From: Ascoidea asiatica JCM 7603
Taxonomy: Eukaryota > Fungi > Ascomycota
Reading direction: 5' to 3'
DNA length: 64,000 nucleotides
Assembly: GCA_001600695.1 (NCBI GenBank)
Contig: BCKQ01000006.1
Location: 136,315 to 200,314, forward strand
The first letter of the stretch is position 1. Each line of letters opens with the position of its first letter. Positions 42,436 through 53,771 of the stretch are shown here, piece after piece. The translations under genes and the position numbers were made by a program. The notes under the pieces are model-generated. The model worked only from the letters and a program-made list of their open reading frames with translations, was not told the origin of the DNA and ran no database searches.

Positions 42436-42973
42436 AATATATTATATTGATAATAATAAGGATGATGACGACTGTAGCTAATAATGCTTCTAAAAAGAAT
42501 ATTTGTTTTAATTTGAAGATTTTACACCTTTATTTTCTGTTTTTTTTTGTTAAATACATTATATTCAATTTCGCAACAGGAAATAATGTAGTCGGATATG
42601 CAGAGAAAGCCCTCGTAAATAAAATAAATAAATTTACCCAATTTAAAACAAATATTTTTTGTGGCAACGTAAATGTGGCTAAGTCCGTAATATGGAAATT
42701 ATTTATGGAAATATTCGGATAGCGGAAATGCTGATGTAATCCTGGAACTGAGTCTTTTTCCAGTTCCAGAAGCGTTATCGCTCCGAAAGCAGATAAAGTC
42801 ATTTAAGCAAAAAAAGCTCTATTTCCTGATCAACCTTTGATGTTTTGATGTTTTGATGTTTTTGATTCTAATTCTTATTTCAAATCATTAATCAATCGTT
42901 TTTCATTATTCAATAAAATAATCAATTGCACTACATCCTTCAGTCTCCTTTAATTTATCTGTTGGCAAACTAA

Positions 42974-45900
42974 ATGATTCAATCTACTGCTTTTTTCGCT
43001 CTCATTTTTAGTTTTATCAATATCTTTTATTTTGCAATATCCTTAAATTCAAACACTGCATCGGCTTTCATTCAAAACATTAACAATAACAATAATAATG
43101 ATAAAAATAATGATAATGATAATGATATTTCAATATCCATAGATTCTTTGGATCCAGGTGATGGAGATCCTCAAATAACAACAACTGTGATTGATTTATT
43201 ATCTAGTAATGCTAATTTCAGTTCTTTTTTAAGAGTACTTCAAAGAAATAGACTAATACCAATTCTAAATCAAATGTCTAATATAACTTTAATTGCTCCA
43301 ACTAATTCAGCTTTTCAATTATTTAATGAAGATAATGAAGAAAATGAAGATCAATTAACTTCAAGTTATTTTGATCTTGATTTATTTAAATTTCAATTAT
43401 CTGATTTAGATCAATACCTTATAAATCAGACTATATTCTCAAATAATTATACTGGTATAAATATTTTTGAAACTTTATATTCTTCAAGTAATATTGATGA
43501 TATAAATCATATATATAATCCAATAATGTTCAATATTGGAAAAAAAGAATTAAAAATAAATAATGCTAATGTTGAATATGCTGATTTATTCGCAGATACT
43601 CAGAATTCAATTGTTCAAGGTATTGATTCATTTTTAAATCCTTTAGATGATTTTTGTCAATCAATAGTAAACATAAATGAAAATATCAACGGAGATATCA
43701 AAGAAAATATTTCGACTTTCATACAATTCTTAATTAAAAAAAACTATTGTAATTATCCTAATTCAATCAATGATAATAATAATAATCAATTTCAAACTCA
43801 ATTGAATACAAATGTATCAAATATTACAGCAATTATTCCAATTGATGATTCTGTTCCTTTTAATCAAGTTGAATTAAATTATCTTTTAAATACTTCTTAT
43901 GGTGAAAAAGATTTTAATTATTATATAAATAATTTCATATTCAATGGTTATATAGGAGGTAATTTAAATCAAAATCATAATCAAAATCGAGGTTTAAGCT
44001 TATTCAATAATTTTAATAATGAAAAAATCTTAATTAATTCTTTAAATTCTGGTAATCAATTTTTAATTCAAGATAATTTCAAAACTTTTAATTCAAATAT
44101 TTTATCAAGTAATGGTATTATTCATTTAATCGATAATATATCATATTCCTATAATAATGAAAATTTATTAAATTTTAATCCAAGAAAATATCTTTATGGT
44201 CTTGATTGTTCTGATTTTGTTAAGGAAATTGATTTTAGAGGATTTTCTAAATTTATTAATGATTCTTCATTACCTCAAACAATATTTGTAACTACAAATA
44301 ATAGTGATGATGATGAAGATGATGATGCTTATAATAATAAAGAAATGAATATCAGAACTTCATCATCAGTAAATAATTTACTTTATCATTTTGTTGATGA
44401 ACAAATTTTTGAATTAAAATCAGGTATTTATAATACAAAAGTTTGTAATAATAAAAAATTAGGTAAAAATTGTCAAAAATTAAAAATTAAACAAATTAAT
44501 AATGATAATTATATTATAAATGATCAACTTTTAATTGATAATTCTCAATATAAACAAAGTATAACAACAATAAATAATACAACAATATATTTAATTGATC
44601 AAGAATTAACATATCCAAATTCATTAGCATCATCAATTGGATCATTTATAAAATGTTCAAGATCTTTAAAATATTTAGATCAATTAAATTTATTAAATTT
44701 AAATTCAAATAAAATTGGATATACAATTTTTTTACCATGTTTTACATCATGGTCATCATTAGATTTAACATTACAATATCTTGAAAAAAATTTAACAGCA
44801 TTAAATTTAATTATGAAAAATTCAATAATTAATGGATTAATTTATAGTGAATATGATGAAAAAAATTATTATACAAATTTATTAGATGAAATTATTGAAA
44901 TTAAAAATATTAATAATTATTGGAAAGATAATATTGAATATAATATATTATCAATTGGAGAAAAAGAATTAAAAGTTGAAAAATATTCAGATATAATTTT
45001 TAATCAAGGAGTTGTTCATCCAATTGAAGATATTTTATTTCCAAATTCAGTTGAAGTTTCATTAATAAATTTAATTAAAACTACAGAATCTTTTAATACA
45101 TATCCATCATCAGATTTTGTTGATTTATTATATAAAACTAATTTAAGTTATGTTTTAGAACCTGAGAATAATTTTTCATTAATTATACCTAATCATTTAT
45201 CATTAATTAATTCAAATATAACAATTGAATCAGATTATAATTTTTTAGAAATTTTTTTAAAATTACATATATTACCAAATTCCGAAGATAAAAAAAATTC
45301 AATATTTAATTGTGATGAATCAATACCAATACCAACATTATTAGAAGGAGTTCATTTATCATGTAGATTATTAACAATTAATACAATTATGTTACAAATT
45401 ATTGAAGGTACAGATCATGAGGTAAGAGTCTTAAATAAAGGTTGTACAACATATAATAATGAAAGTTGTGTATTTGTAATTGATAGGCCAATAAATCCAG
45501 AATGGTTGAATAGAGATAAATATCCAATTCATTTACCAATTGCAGCTATGGGACTTGGAATTATTTTAGGTATAGTTGGTATAATGATAATTCTTTTAAC
45601 ATTTTTATTTTTTTTAATTGGAAAAAATAAAAAAACTGAAAATGATGAAGAATCTAATTTTATCACTAATACTAATTCCAATTCTAATTCTAATAGTAAT
45701 AATAATAATAATAGTAATAGGAACAAGAGTAGAAATGGAAATGGACTTAGGATTAATGATAGTAATCATCTCAATGATAATGATAGTATTCATACAGAAA
45801 TCAATAATCCTTCATCACCTACACAAACGATTGATAGTTCAGGACTTCTTGAAAATAGTGATCAATATAATTATGGTAGTATTAATAATGTTGGTACAAG

Positions 45901-45988
45901 TTCAAGAAAAAAGGGAGGAATTGATTTATTAGAAAATGGATTGTTAGTTATAAGGAATAATTCTGAACTCAATCTACCTACAGTTTAA
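42974..45988 (+). CDS. FAS1 (fasciclin) multi-domain type I membrane protein, YLR001C-like
   Basis: Signal peptide; TVIDLLSS..FSSFLRVLQR..TLIAPTNSAF; SNGIIHLID and QGVVHPIEDIL FAS1 motifs; single TM near the C terminus followed by KNKK. Confidence 0.85.
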   Translation: MIQSTAFFALIFSFINIFYFAISLNSNTASAFIQNINNNNNNDKNNDNDNDISISIDSLDPGDGDPQITTTVIDLLSSNANFSSFLRVLQRNRLIPILNQMSNITLIAPTNSAFQLFNEDNEENEDQLTSSYFDLDLFKFQLSDLDQYLINQTIFSNNYTGINIFETLYSSSNIDDINHIYNPIMFNIGKKELKINNANVEYADLFADTQNSIVQGIDSFLNPLDDFCQSIVNINENINGDIKENISTFIQFLIKKNYCNYPNSINDNNNNQFQTQLNTNVSNITAIIPIDDSVPFNQVELNYLLNTSYGEKDFNYYINNFIFNGYIGGNLNQNHNQNRGLSLFNNFNNEKILINSLNSGNQFLIQDNFKTFNSNILSSNGIIHLIDNISYSYNNENLLNFNPRKYLYGLDCSDFVKEIDFRGFSKFINDSSLPQTIFVTTNNSDDDEDDDAYNNKEMNIRTSSSVNNLLYHFVDEQIFELKSGIYNTKVCNNKKLGKNCQKLKIKQINNDNYIINDQLLIDNSQYKQSITTINNTTIYLIDQELTYPNSLASSIGSFIKCSRSLKYLDQLNLLNLNSNKIGYTIFLPCFTSWSSLDLTLQYLEKNLTALNLIMKNSIINGLIYSEYDEKNYYTNLLDEIIEIKNINNYWKDNIEYNILSIGEKELKVEKYSDIIFNQGVVHPIEDILFPNSVEVSLINLIKTTESFNTYPSSDFVDLLYKTNLSYVLEPENNFSLIIPNHLSLINSNITIESDYNFLEIFLKLHILPNSEDKKNSIFNCDESIPIPTLLEGVHLSCRLLTINTIMLQIIEGTDHEVRVLNKGCTTYNNESCVFVIDRPINPEWLNRDKYPIHLPIAAMGLGIILGIVGIMIILLTFLFFLIGKNKKTENDEESNFITNTNSNSNSNSNNNNNSNRNKSRNGNGLRINDSNHLNDNDSIHTEINNPSSPTQTIDSSGLLENSDQYNYGSINNVGTSSRKKGGIDLLENGLLVIRNNSELNLPTV

Positions 45989-46122
45989 TTAATGATGTAT
46001 TTATTATATACAAAATTTCATATATGTTTCATATTTATATTTTTATATACACCTTATTCAAAATAGATCTTGTTTTTTATTTGCTTTCTCAGTTTCTTAC
46101 ATTGTTTTTTCATTAACCAATA

Positions 46123-46320
<198 letters not shown>

Positions 46321-46396
46321 GATACAATAATTATGATTGTTATAACCAGTAAAGAACAAAAACCCTTATGAAACTAGCAAGAATAAGGGCAAAAAA

Positions 46397-46468
46397 AGCT
46401 CACTCCCAGGTTCGAACTAGGGACCAACAGATTTGCAATCTGCTGCGCTACCACTGCGCCAAGTGAGC
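46397..46468 (-). tRNA. tRNA-Cys(GCA), intronless
   Basis: Reverse complement GCTCACTTGGCGCAGTGGTAGCGCAGCAGATTGCAAATCTGTTGGTCCCTAGTTCGAACCTGGGAGTGAGCT: paired acceptor stem, A and B boxes, GCA anticodon, oligo-T terminator at 46391-46396. Confidence 0.98.
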
Positions 46469-46827
46469 TGGTTTTATGAAAAACATGGATTTGCATATTT
46501 GATACACTGCAACCACTTATCACGTGAGCTTATCTCATTGAATAGTATTTTATGGTTTTCTTGACTCAAATTTGTCTTTTTTTGCTTCTTGTGAAACTGA
46601 AGTAAAAAGTAATGAAATACAATAGAATCAATTACTGGGGCAAAGAGGCTACAGAAGTTATTAAAATAATAAAAAGTATTAATCATTAAAGGGGTTTATA
46701 ACTAGAATTCATAAATAAATATAACAAAAATAAATATAACAAAAACAAATATAATACAAATATAATACAAATATAATACAAATATAATACAAAAAAAATA
46801 CAAAAAAAATACAAAAATAAACACCAA

Positions 46828-48579
46828 TTACATCTCACATTCCAATTCATCACTGAAAGACCAACTTGAAAAACAATTTTGTTGTTCATTACTTAATTCA
46901 TCATCTTCACTTCCACTACTCTGATAATGTTCATATTTATCAGCATCAATCATTTCAAAATCACTTGAAATATTATTCATATTCATACAATCTTCTTCAT
47001 CTGGTATATAATCTGGAATATATTCTTTATTCTTAACTTTTTCCCAATCAATTCCTTTGAAAAATACATGATTTTTAATTTCTTCAACTCCATTATTACC
47101 TAATCTTTCTTCTGGATTTTTTCTCATTAATTTTGAAATTAAATCCATACCATCTAAATTTATATGATATGGATAATTTAATTCTTTTGAAACTATATTT
47201 TTAAATATTTCTGCATCATCTTTACCTTGAATTGGACTTCTACCTGTTAAAAATTCATAAATTACATATCCAAATGTCCACCAATCAAGTGTTCTTTTAT
47301 ATCCTTTTGATAATACTAATTCTGGTGCTAAATGATCTTTCGTACCACACCATGTAAATTCTTTTTCACTATTATCAAAATTCATCTTACATAATCCAAA
47401 ATCACACAGTTTTATATGACCTTCTGAATCTAATAATATATTTTCTAATTTTAAATCTCTGTATAAAATATTATTATCATGAAGAGTTTCAATAGCACAA
47501 AGAATTTCTGCTGCATATAATTTAGCTCTGGAAATTGGAAATTTCATACTTTTCTTATTTGTTTTATAATGTTTATCTAAATTATAATATAAATCTCCTC
47601 CACTTACAACTTCCATGACTATATATAATTTATTTTCTGTTTGAAATGAATATTTCATTGATATTAGAAATGGTGATTTAATTTCACTTAATATTTTTTT
47701 TTCTGATAAAATTTCTTCATATTCTGAATTATGAAATAATTTTTTTTTCAAAATTGATTTAATTGCATAATATTTATTATCATCTTTTTTTTGTGCTAAA
47801 AAAACTTTACCGAATCCACCTTGTCCGAGAACTTTTAATAATTTGAAATCATTTAATGACATGTGACTTTTATGTTCAATTGTTGGTTCATTTGTGATAA
47901 ATAATGATCTGCATTTAAAATTTATATTTTTATAATCATTATTATAATCATAATTATATGGTTTATATTTTAATGTTGCAAATATTTTGCAATAATTATT
48001 ATAATTATCTTTAATATCTCCATGAATAAAAATTGATTGAGGAATATTTTCATTGAAATTATTTAAATCTATACTAATTTCTCCAAGTTCAAATCTATTA
48101 TTAAATTTATTTTCTTTTAATAAAAGATCATCTGGTAATAATATTTGTAATCCTAAAATTAATTGACCATTTGTAGTAATTTCAAATTTACTTTCACTTT
48201 CAAAATTTGGATTACTTAATGTTCCTCCGATTGGACTTAAAGTTTCAACATAATCTTTATCTAAATTTCCATAAGGGTCAACATATTCAATTGAACAAAT
48301 AGCCATTGGTGAAAGATTATTATTATTATTATTATTATATAAAGCTGGTAAACAATTTTGTAAATCTTTGATATAAAAATCATTAGCTTCACTAATAGTT
48401 AAATTGTTTTTATTGAATTTATAATCATCTTTAATGTTTTCTAAAATCAATGAATTCAATTTACATTCATTTTCTAAGAAATTTGTTAATAATTCTGTTG
48501 ATGGTAAAAAACCTGTTGGTAAATTAATTCCATCAACATTATGAACTTGAATAGTTAATTCACCTCTTGGGAAATTCAT
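46828..48579 (-). CDS. AGC Ser/Thr kinase, divergent Ypk1/2-like
   Basis: GELTIQVHNVDGINLP (Ypk-like N-terminal C2 start), LGQGGFGKV, YAIK, YRDLKLENILL, DFGLCK, TWCGTKDHLAPE, DWWTFG and hydrophobic motif FSSWSF. Confidence 0.85.
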   Translation of the reverse strand: MNFPRGELTIQVHNVDGINLPTGFLPSTELLTNFLENECKLNSLILENIKDDYKFNKNNLTISEANDFYIKDLQNCLPALYNNNNNNNLSPMAICSIEYVDPYGNLDKDYVETLSPIGGTLSNPNFESESKFEITTNGQLILGLQILLPDDLLLKENKFNNRFELGEISIDLNNFNENIPQSIFIHGDIKDNYNNYCKIFATLKYKPYNYDYNNDYKNINFKCRSLFITNEPTIEHKSHMSLNDFKLLKVLGQGGFGKVFLAQKKDDNKYYAIKSILKKKLFHNSEYEEILSEKKILSEIKSPFLISMKYSFQTENKLYIVMEVVSGGDLYYNLDKHYKTNKKSMKFPISRAKLYAAEILCAIETLHDNNILYRDLKLENILLDSEGHIKLCDFGLCKMNFDNSEKEFTWCGTKDHLAPELVLSKGYKRTLDWWTFGYVIYEFLTGRSPIQGKDDAEIFKNIVSKELNYPYHINLDGMDLISKLMRKNPEERLGNNGVEEIKNHVFFKGIDWEKVKNKEYIPDYIPDEEDCMNMNNISSDFEMIDADKYEHYQSSGSEDDELSNEQQNCFSSWSFSDELECEM

Positions 48580-50005
48580 TCTAATAGTGTCTTGTTTAAA
48601 AAATTAGAGATTATTAGAATATAAAAAAGGATATATAATAAGACTTATTAAAAGACTTATTAAGAGGGTTATAGTATTTGAAGAAATATAATATACAATA
48701 TATAGAATATAGAGTATAGAATATGAAAAAGAGAGAAATAAGAGAGATATGAAGAATATAAGCTAATTTGTAGAAATTGTCTTATAAAAGTTATATTAAG
48801 CAATGATTATATTGAATATAAAGAGACTTAATACTGAAAATAAATATTAGAAGAAAAAATTAAAAAAAAATAATTGAAGAACAGGCCCTCTATTTATATT
48901 ATTCTTTTTCAGATAAATTTTATACCAAAAGACAATGAAAGCAATCATTTTAATTCAATTTCTCTAATAAAATTCATATTCTAGTACTAATTTTATTCAA
49001 TTCTCACTTTATATCTTTCATTTGAAGTACTTACTTTGAATTACATCCAACAAGACTTTATCAAAAAGCAATTGAAAATTACTCAAAATCTAGAAGCATT
49101 CAAAATATACAATCAGGTACAATCTATTATTTTATTTTCTATTGTAGTTCAAAATGATAATATATTTTCTCATAAAAAGCCTAAAAAAAAAGACAATAGA
49201 AATGATCATTGCACAATTAAAGTTGGTGCAAGCTTTTCAGTTTCCCTGCAGAGAACAAAGTTTAAAATTGAGAAAGTAACACAAAAACAAAGGAAGAAAA
49301 GAGCAAATGCCGAGATCCCGCAAAAGAATGCTGCTTAAAGCATTCTCAATTTGACGAGCAATTGATTTTGTGAAAGAAAAATCTCAAAAGTTGCTAAATT
49401 TGACAAAGTTGAAGTAATTGAGAATATCATTTATATGAAGCATTGTTCTTCTGTAGCAATATTCATTGTTTTACTTTCTCAAATTAAAAAGAAACTGATT
49501 TTTCTTCTCAGCTTCTAGACAATTCTTCGAATGAAAAAAAATCAGATTCTTTCTTGAAGGATAGCAAGCAAGAGTTAGTTCAATTTACTTTTTTTAGCAA
49601 ATGACCATTTCAAATTACTTTATCATTTCTAAGATTTGTAGAATTTTCAAATGTTTTGTTTTTGAATGTTATTGTTACATCATTTTTCTGAGTAATTTTG
49701 ATTTCAATCTTTGATTTAAAATCAAACAAATCAAACCGCGGAGAGCAATTCAATTTCCTCGTCACCGTGATTTTTATTATTGTTTTTTGTATTGACGCGA
49801 AACTCAAGCTCTATAGAATTAAAAAAGAATTAAATATAATTACAACAAGATCTATATTCCCTGTAATTGCTTTGATTAATTCAAAAAATTAAATCAGTCA
49901 TTATTGGAGTTTGAAGTGTTTCTTTTTCTGGGATCAACTTTCTACGAATAATCTGCAATTTTGATGAAAAATATAAGGTGGATGTGAAGGCAAACGTAAA
50001 TATCA

Positions 50006-51862
50006 ATGAATCCAATAAATGAAATGAATCAAAGTTCAAATGAATCAAAAGAAACTATAACCAAAACTTCAATCAATAATAATAATGAGTCACTCATAAA
50101 CATCCCATTATCAGCTCCAATATTAAACAAAACTGAAACTCTAGTTGCTAATCAATCTTCAATTACTGAAACAAAAGAAAACTCTAAGGAGATTTTAGAT
50201 CCAGTAATTGGAATTATTAAACCAACATTATATCAATCATTGATATTAGATTTGATACCATCTAATAAGAAAAGAAATTCAACTGTCTTTCAACTAATTG
50301 ATTCATTCAACTTATGGAAAGATTTCAATAAAATTATTTCTATAAATCAATTCAAGATTAATATTTCAAAACTAATTGAATTTCACGAAAAAGATTATAT
50401 ATTATTTCTATTAAAACGAAGAGAAAAAATCGATCAAACTGTAGGATATAATATTTATAACTTTTTAATCAATCTTCAAAAACTTGAAAAGAGAAAATTT
50501 TTAAAATATCCTAAAAATAATAATCCAGATATTCATAAAGAAGATTTAACTTCAAATGAAAAATCTCATAAAAGAGAAACAAGTAATATAAGCTATAACC
50601 AGTTTTTGATTAATATATCCCAAAAAAAGAGAAAAGAAAATAATATAGCAATTGAAACCCAATCAGATAGTGAAAAAGATCCTTCTAATAATTTTTTTAA
50701 TACTAGTAATGAAAATAAATCTTCACCTTTGAAAGCAAGATCTGAATCTGAATCTGAATCAAGGTCAAAATCAGAGCCAGAACCAGAACCAGACTCGGAA
50801 TTAAAAAACAATGGGAAAAGTGATAGTGAGATTGATGGTGAAAATGAAAGTGAAAGTGAAAGTGATTCAGAATTTGAAGAAGATTCAATAATTTCTGATA
50901 ATGAGGATTATGATACTGATGAAAAAAGAGAAATTTTGATTAATTATGGTTTAATTTATGATTCCTCATTATTCCCATTTTTAAATGAATATGTTAAAAT
51001 TTTAGCAAGTTCAACAATAACTTGCTGTAAATTTATAATTAAAGAAGTTAAATTACAAAATAAAATTAGTGATAAAGAGAAAAGAAAACAAGTAATAGGA
51101 ATAAATTGGATTGGTGGTAGACATCATGGTAAAAAATCAAAAGCTGCTGGATTTTGTTATATAAATGATATTTGTTTAGGCATTTTAGAATTAAGAAAAT
51201 TTTTTAAAAAAATTATGTATATTGATCTAGATTTACATTATGGTGATGGAGTTTCACAAGCTTTTCAATTTTCAAAAAATATTTTAACATTATCTTTACA
51301 TAGATTTGAATTAGGTTTTTATCCTGGAAATGGATCACTTTATGAAACTGGTAAAGGTCAAGGACTTGATTATATGATTAATTTACCTTTAAGAAAAGGT
51401 CTTTGTGATGATTCATTAATAAAAATATATGATAAAATAATTAATCCAACAATTGAAAAATTTAATCCAGATTTAATTGTTATTCAATGTGGTTGTGATG
51501 GACATTTTAATGATGAACATAAAGAATGGAATTTAACTATAAAAGGATATGGAAAAATAATTGAAAATTTGAAAAAAACTGGAATTCATTTAATGTTATT
51601 GGGTGGTGGAGGATATGATAATAAATCAGTTTCAAAATGTTGGTGTTATTTAACAGCAATAATTGCTGGTAAAAAAGAAGAAGCTGATAAAAATTGGGAA
51701 TTAATACCAGATGGAGAATTTATTGAAACTTATGAAACTGATAGTCATTTATTTTGGGGTATAGATAATAGTGAAATCAAAGGAAGTCATATGAAAGATA
51801 GAAATGATGATAATTATATCAATAAATTAGTAGATGATATAAAATCTAGAAGAATAAGCTGA
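50006..51862 (+). CDS. HOS1: Class I histone deacetylase, Hos1-like
   Basis: DLIPSNKKR, INWIGGRHHGKKSKAAGFCYINDI, YIDLDLHYGDGV, IQCGCDG and LLGGGGY; long acidic insertion ahead of the YGL..D block. Confidence 0.85.
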   Translation: MNPINEMNQSSNESKETITKTSINNNNESLINIPLSAPILNKTETLVANQSSITETKENSKEILDPVIGIIKPTLYQSLILDLIPSNKKRNSTVFQLIDSFNLWKDFNKIISINQFKINISKLIEFHEKDYILFLLKRREKIDQTVGYNIYNFLINLQKLEKRKFLKYPKNNNPDIHKEDLTSNEKSHKRETSNISYNQFLINISQKKRKENNIAIETQSDSEKDPSNNFFNTSNENKSSPLKARSESESESRSKSEPEPEPDSELKNNGKSDSEIDGENESESESDSEFEEDSIISDNEDYDTDEKREILINYGLIYDSSLFPFLNEYVKILASSTITCCKFIIKEVKLQNKISDKEKRKQVIGINWIGGRHHGKKSKAAGFCYINDICLGILELRKFFKKIMYIDLDLHYGDGVSQAFQFSKNILTLSLHRFELGFYPGNGSLYETGKGQGLDYMINLPLRKGLCDDSLIKIYDKIINPTIEKFNPDLIVIQCGCDGHFNDEHKEWNLTIKGYGKIIENLKKTGIHLMLLGGGGYDNKSVSKCWCYLTAIIAGKKEEADKNWELIPDGEFIETYETDSHLFWGIDNSEIKGSHMKDRNDDNYINKLVDDIKSRRIS

Positions 51863-51930
51863 TTTATATATATATATATATATATATATTCATAGACACT
51901 AATTAATATATAGACAATTCAAGAATAAAT

Positions 51931-52815
51931 TTATAAACCATAAGTTCTTGCAATTTTGATACCAGCAGCAACATTTTGAACTCTTGCATCTAATAAATAA
52001 CCTTGATCAGCTAATTTTAATAATTCTTCAGGTAAATTTTTTAAACTTACAGTAAAATTTTCAATAAATTCATTTTCTTCTAATTCTGGTATTGGATTTA
52101 AATTTCTTTTATCATTTAAATCAATTTCAACAACTATTAAACTTAAATTAGTGTTACAAAATCCAGGATCATTAAATATAACAGGAGATTTATCAATAAT
52201 TTTTGAACCAATATAACCAGTTTCTTCTTTTAATTCTCTTAAAGCACATTGTTCTAAAGTTTCATTAGGATCTAATAAACCAGCAGGCATTTCTATACAA
52301 ACACCACCAATTGGAGCTCTAAATTGTTTTTGTAATACAATTTGATTTCCTTCTGGTTTAGAGATTATGGCTAATATACCAACACCATCAACTTCAGAGC
52401 CTTCAACTCTTGTTGTTCTTGAAGCACATTCCCAATCTCTTGATTTACCAATGGGATCAGTATAATAAACTTTATCAAGTTTCATCCATTTTGCATCTTT
52501 AGAACTCTATAATTATAAAAAAGAATATTTAAAAATATCGTTAGATTGAGTTTATGAAGTAATTAAATTTGAGATATAGACTGATTTAATCAATTGACTT
52601 ACTAATGGAGAAACTTCAGTTACTTTTGCATCTTCTGGTTTGCCTTTAGTGCTCATTCTTATATAACTTAAAGAGTAATTGTTAGTTTGAGTTGAAGAGA
52701 GATTTCTGAAAGATTTAAAATAATTTAAAGATCGATGAAAGTTGCTAGAAGTATAAATTGCCTTTCTTAAAGTAATCAAAGAAAATCTAATAGAATTGTA
52801 ATTCAAAACATCCAT
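51931..52815 (-). CDS. YSA1: ADP-ribose pyrophosphatase (Nudix), two exons: join(52815..52603, 52506..51931)
   Basis: Exon 1 ends KGKPEDAKVTEVSPL. Phase-0 intron 52602..52507 (GTAAGT...ATCTAAC...TAG). Exon 2 starts SSKDAKWMKL and contains the Nudix box PAGLLD..ALRELKEETGY. Second in-frame ATG at 52656. Confidence 0.92.
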
Positions 52816-53154
52816 TCAAATGAAATTAAAATTGTATAAATTTATATTTATTCGATGACCTTGGACCTTTGTCAAACAAACAGTGATAAATATTCCTCAT
52901 TTGAAAGTCGAGTATTTGAAGATTGCGTAATAGCATTAAAGTGTTTATTTATTTACAGTAGTTAAGGAGACGCCGTCTGGAGCTTTATTTCGATTTGTGA
53001 AATAAGCAATGTTTTCTATACTCAAATAAATCAAGTTCAGTGAATACATCAAGAAATAAAAGAAGAATAAAATCAATCAAAAAATATCAAATAAAAATAT
53101 TATATATTCATCAACAGAATTTAAAGAAGAAGAAGAAGAAGAAAAAAGTTAATA

Positions 53155-53439
53155 ATGACTCAAGATATTAATCAATTAAAAGCACAAATATCAGCAGAAT
53201 TAATTGAATCTGGAGAATATGATAAAATTTTAACATTTTTAAAAGAAAAATTATATGAAACTGGATGGTATGATAATGTTAAATTAATGGCCAATGAACA
53301 TATATTAAATGAAGATAATTTAAATTTTGTTAAAATTAATAATTATTTAGAACAAAGATCATTACCTTTAGTTCCAGATAGTGTTAAAGCTGAAAGTTTA
53401 GTTAAAATTAAAGATTTTTTAGAAAAAATTATTGAATAA
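53155..53439 (+). CDS. SUS1: SAGA/TREX-2 subunit Sus1 (ENY2), intronless
   Basis: QLKAQI..LIESGEYDKI..LKEKLYETGWYD..VPDSVK..KIKDFLEKII; 94 aa; divergent from YSA1 as in S. cerevisiae. Confidence 0.92.
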   Translation: MTQDINQLKAQISAELIESGEYDKILTFLKEKLYETGWYDNVKLMANEHILNEDNLNFVKINNYLEQRSLPLVPDSVKAESLVKIKDFLEKIIE

Positions 53440-53771
53440 ATGAATAAGATTGTTAACTATTATATATTATGTAAAATGAAGAAAAAAATATTTTGAATAA
53501 AAACCCTAATTAGGAAAGATAATAATTATAATTATGGTTGAATAATAAATTACAAATAACAAATTGAAGGTATATTTAAATCATTAGAGTCTATGCATTA
53601 TAGTTTAGAAAATCATTTGAAAAAAAAAGATATTCAAATAGAAAGAAATTCTTTAAATTTAAATAGATAATTAAAGAAAGAAAGAAGTGAAGATATAAAG
53701 ATGAAGATAAAAGATAAGGATGGTTATATAAGATATTATATAGTAATAATAATAATAAATTAATAAATAAC

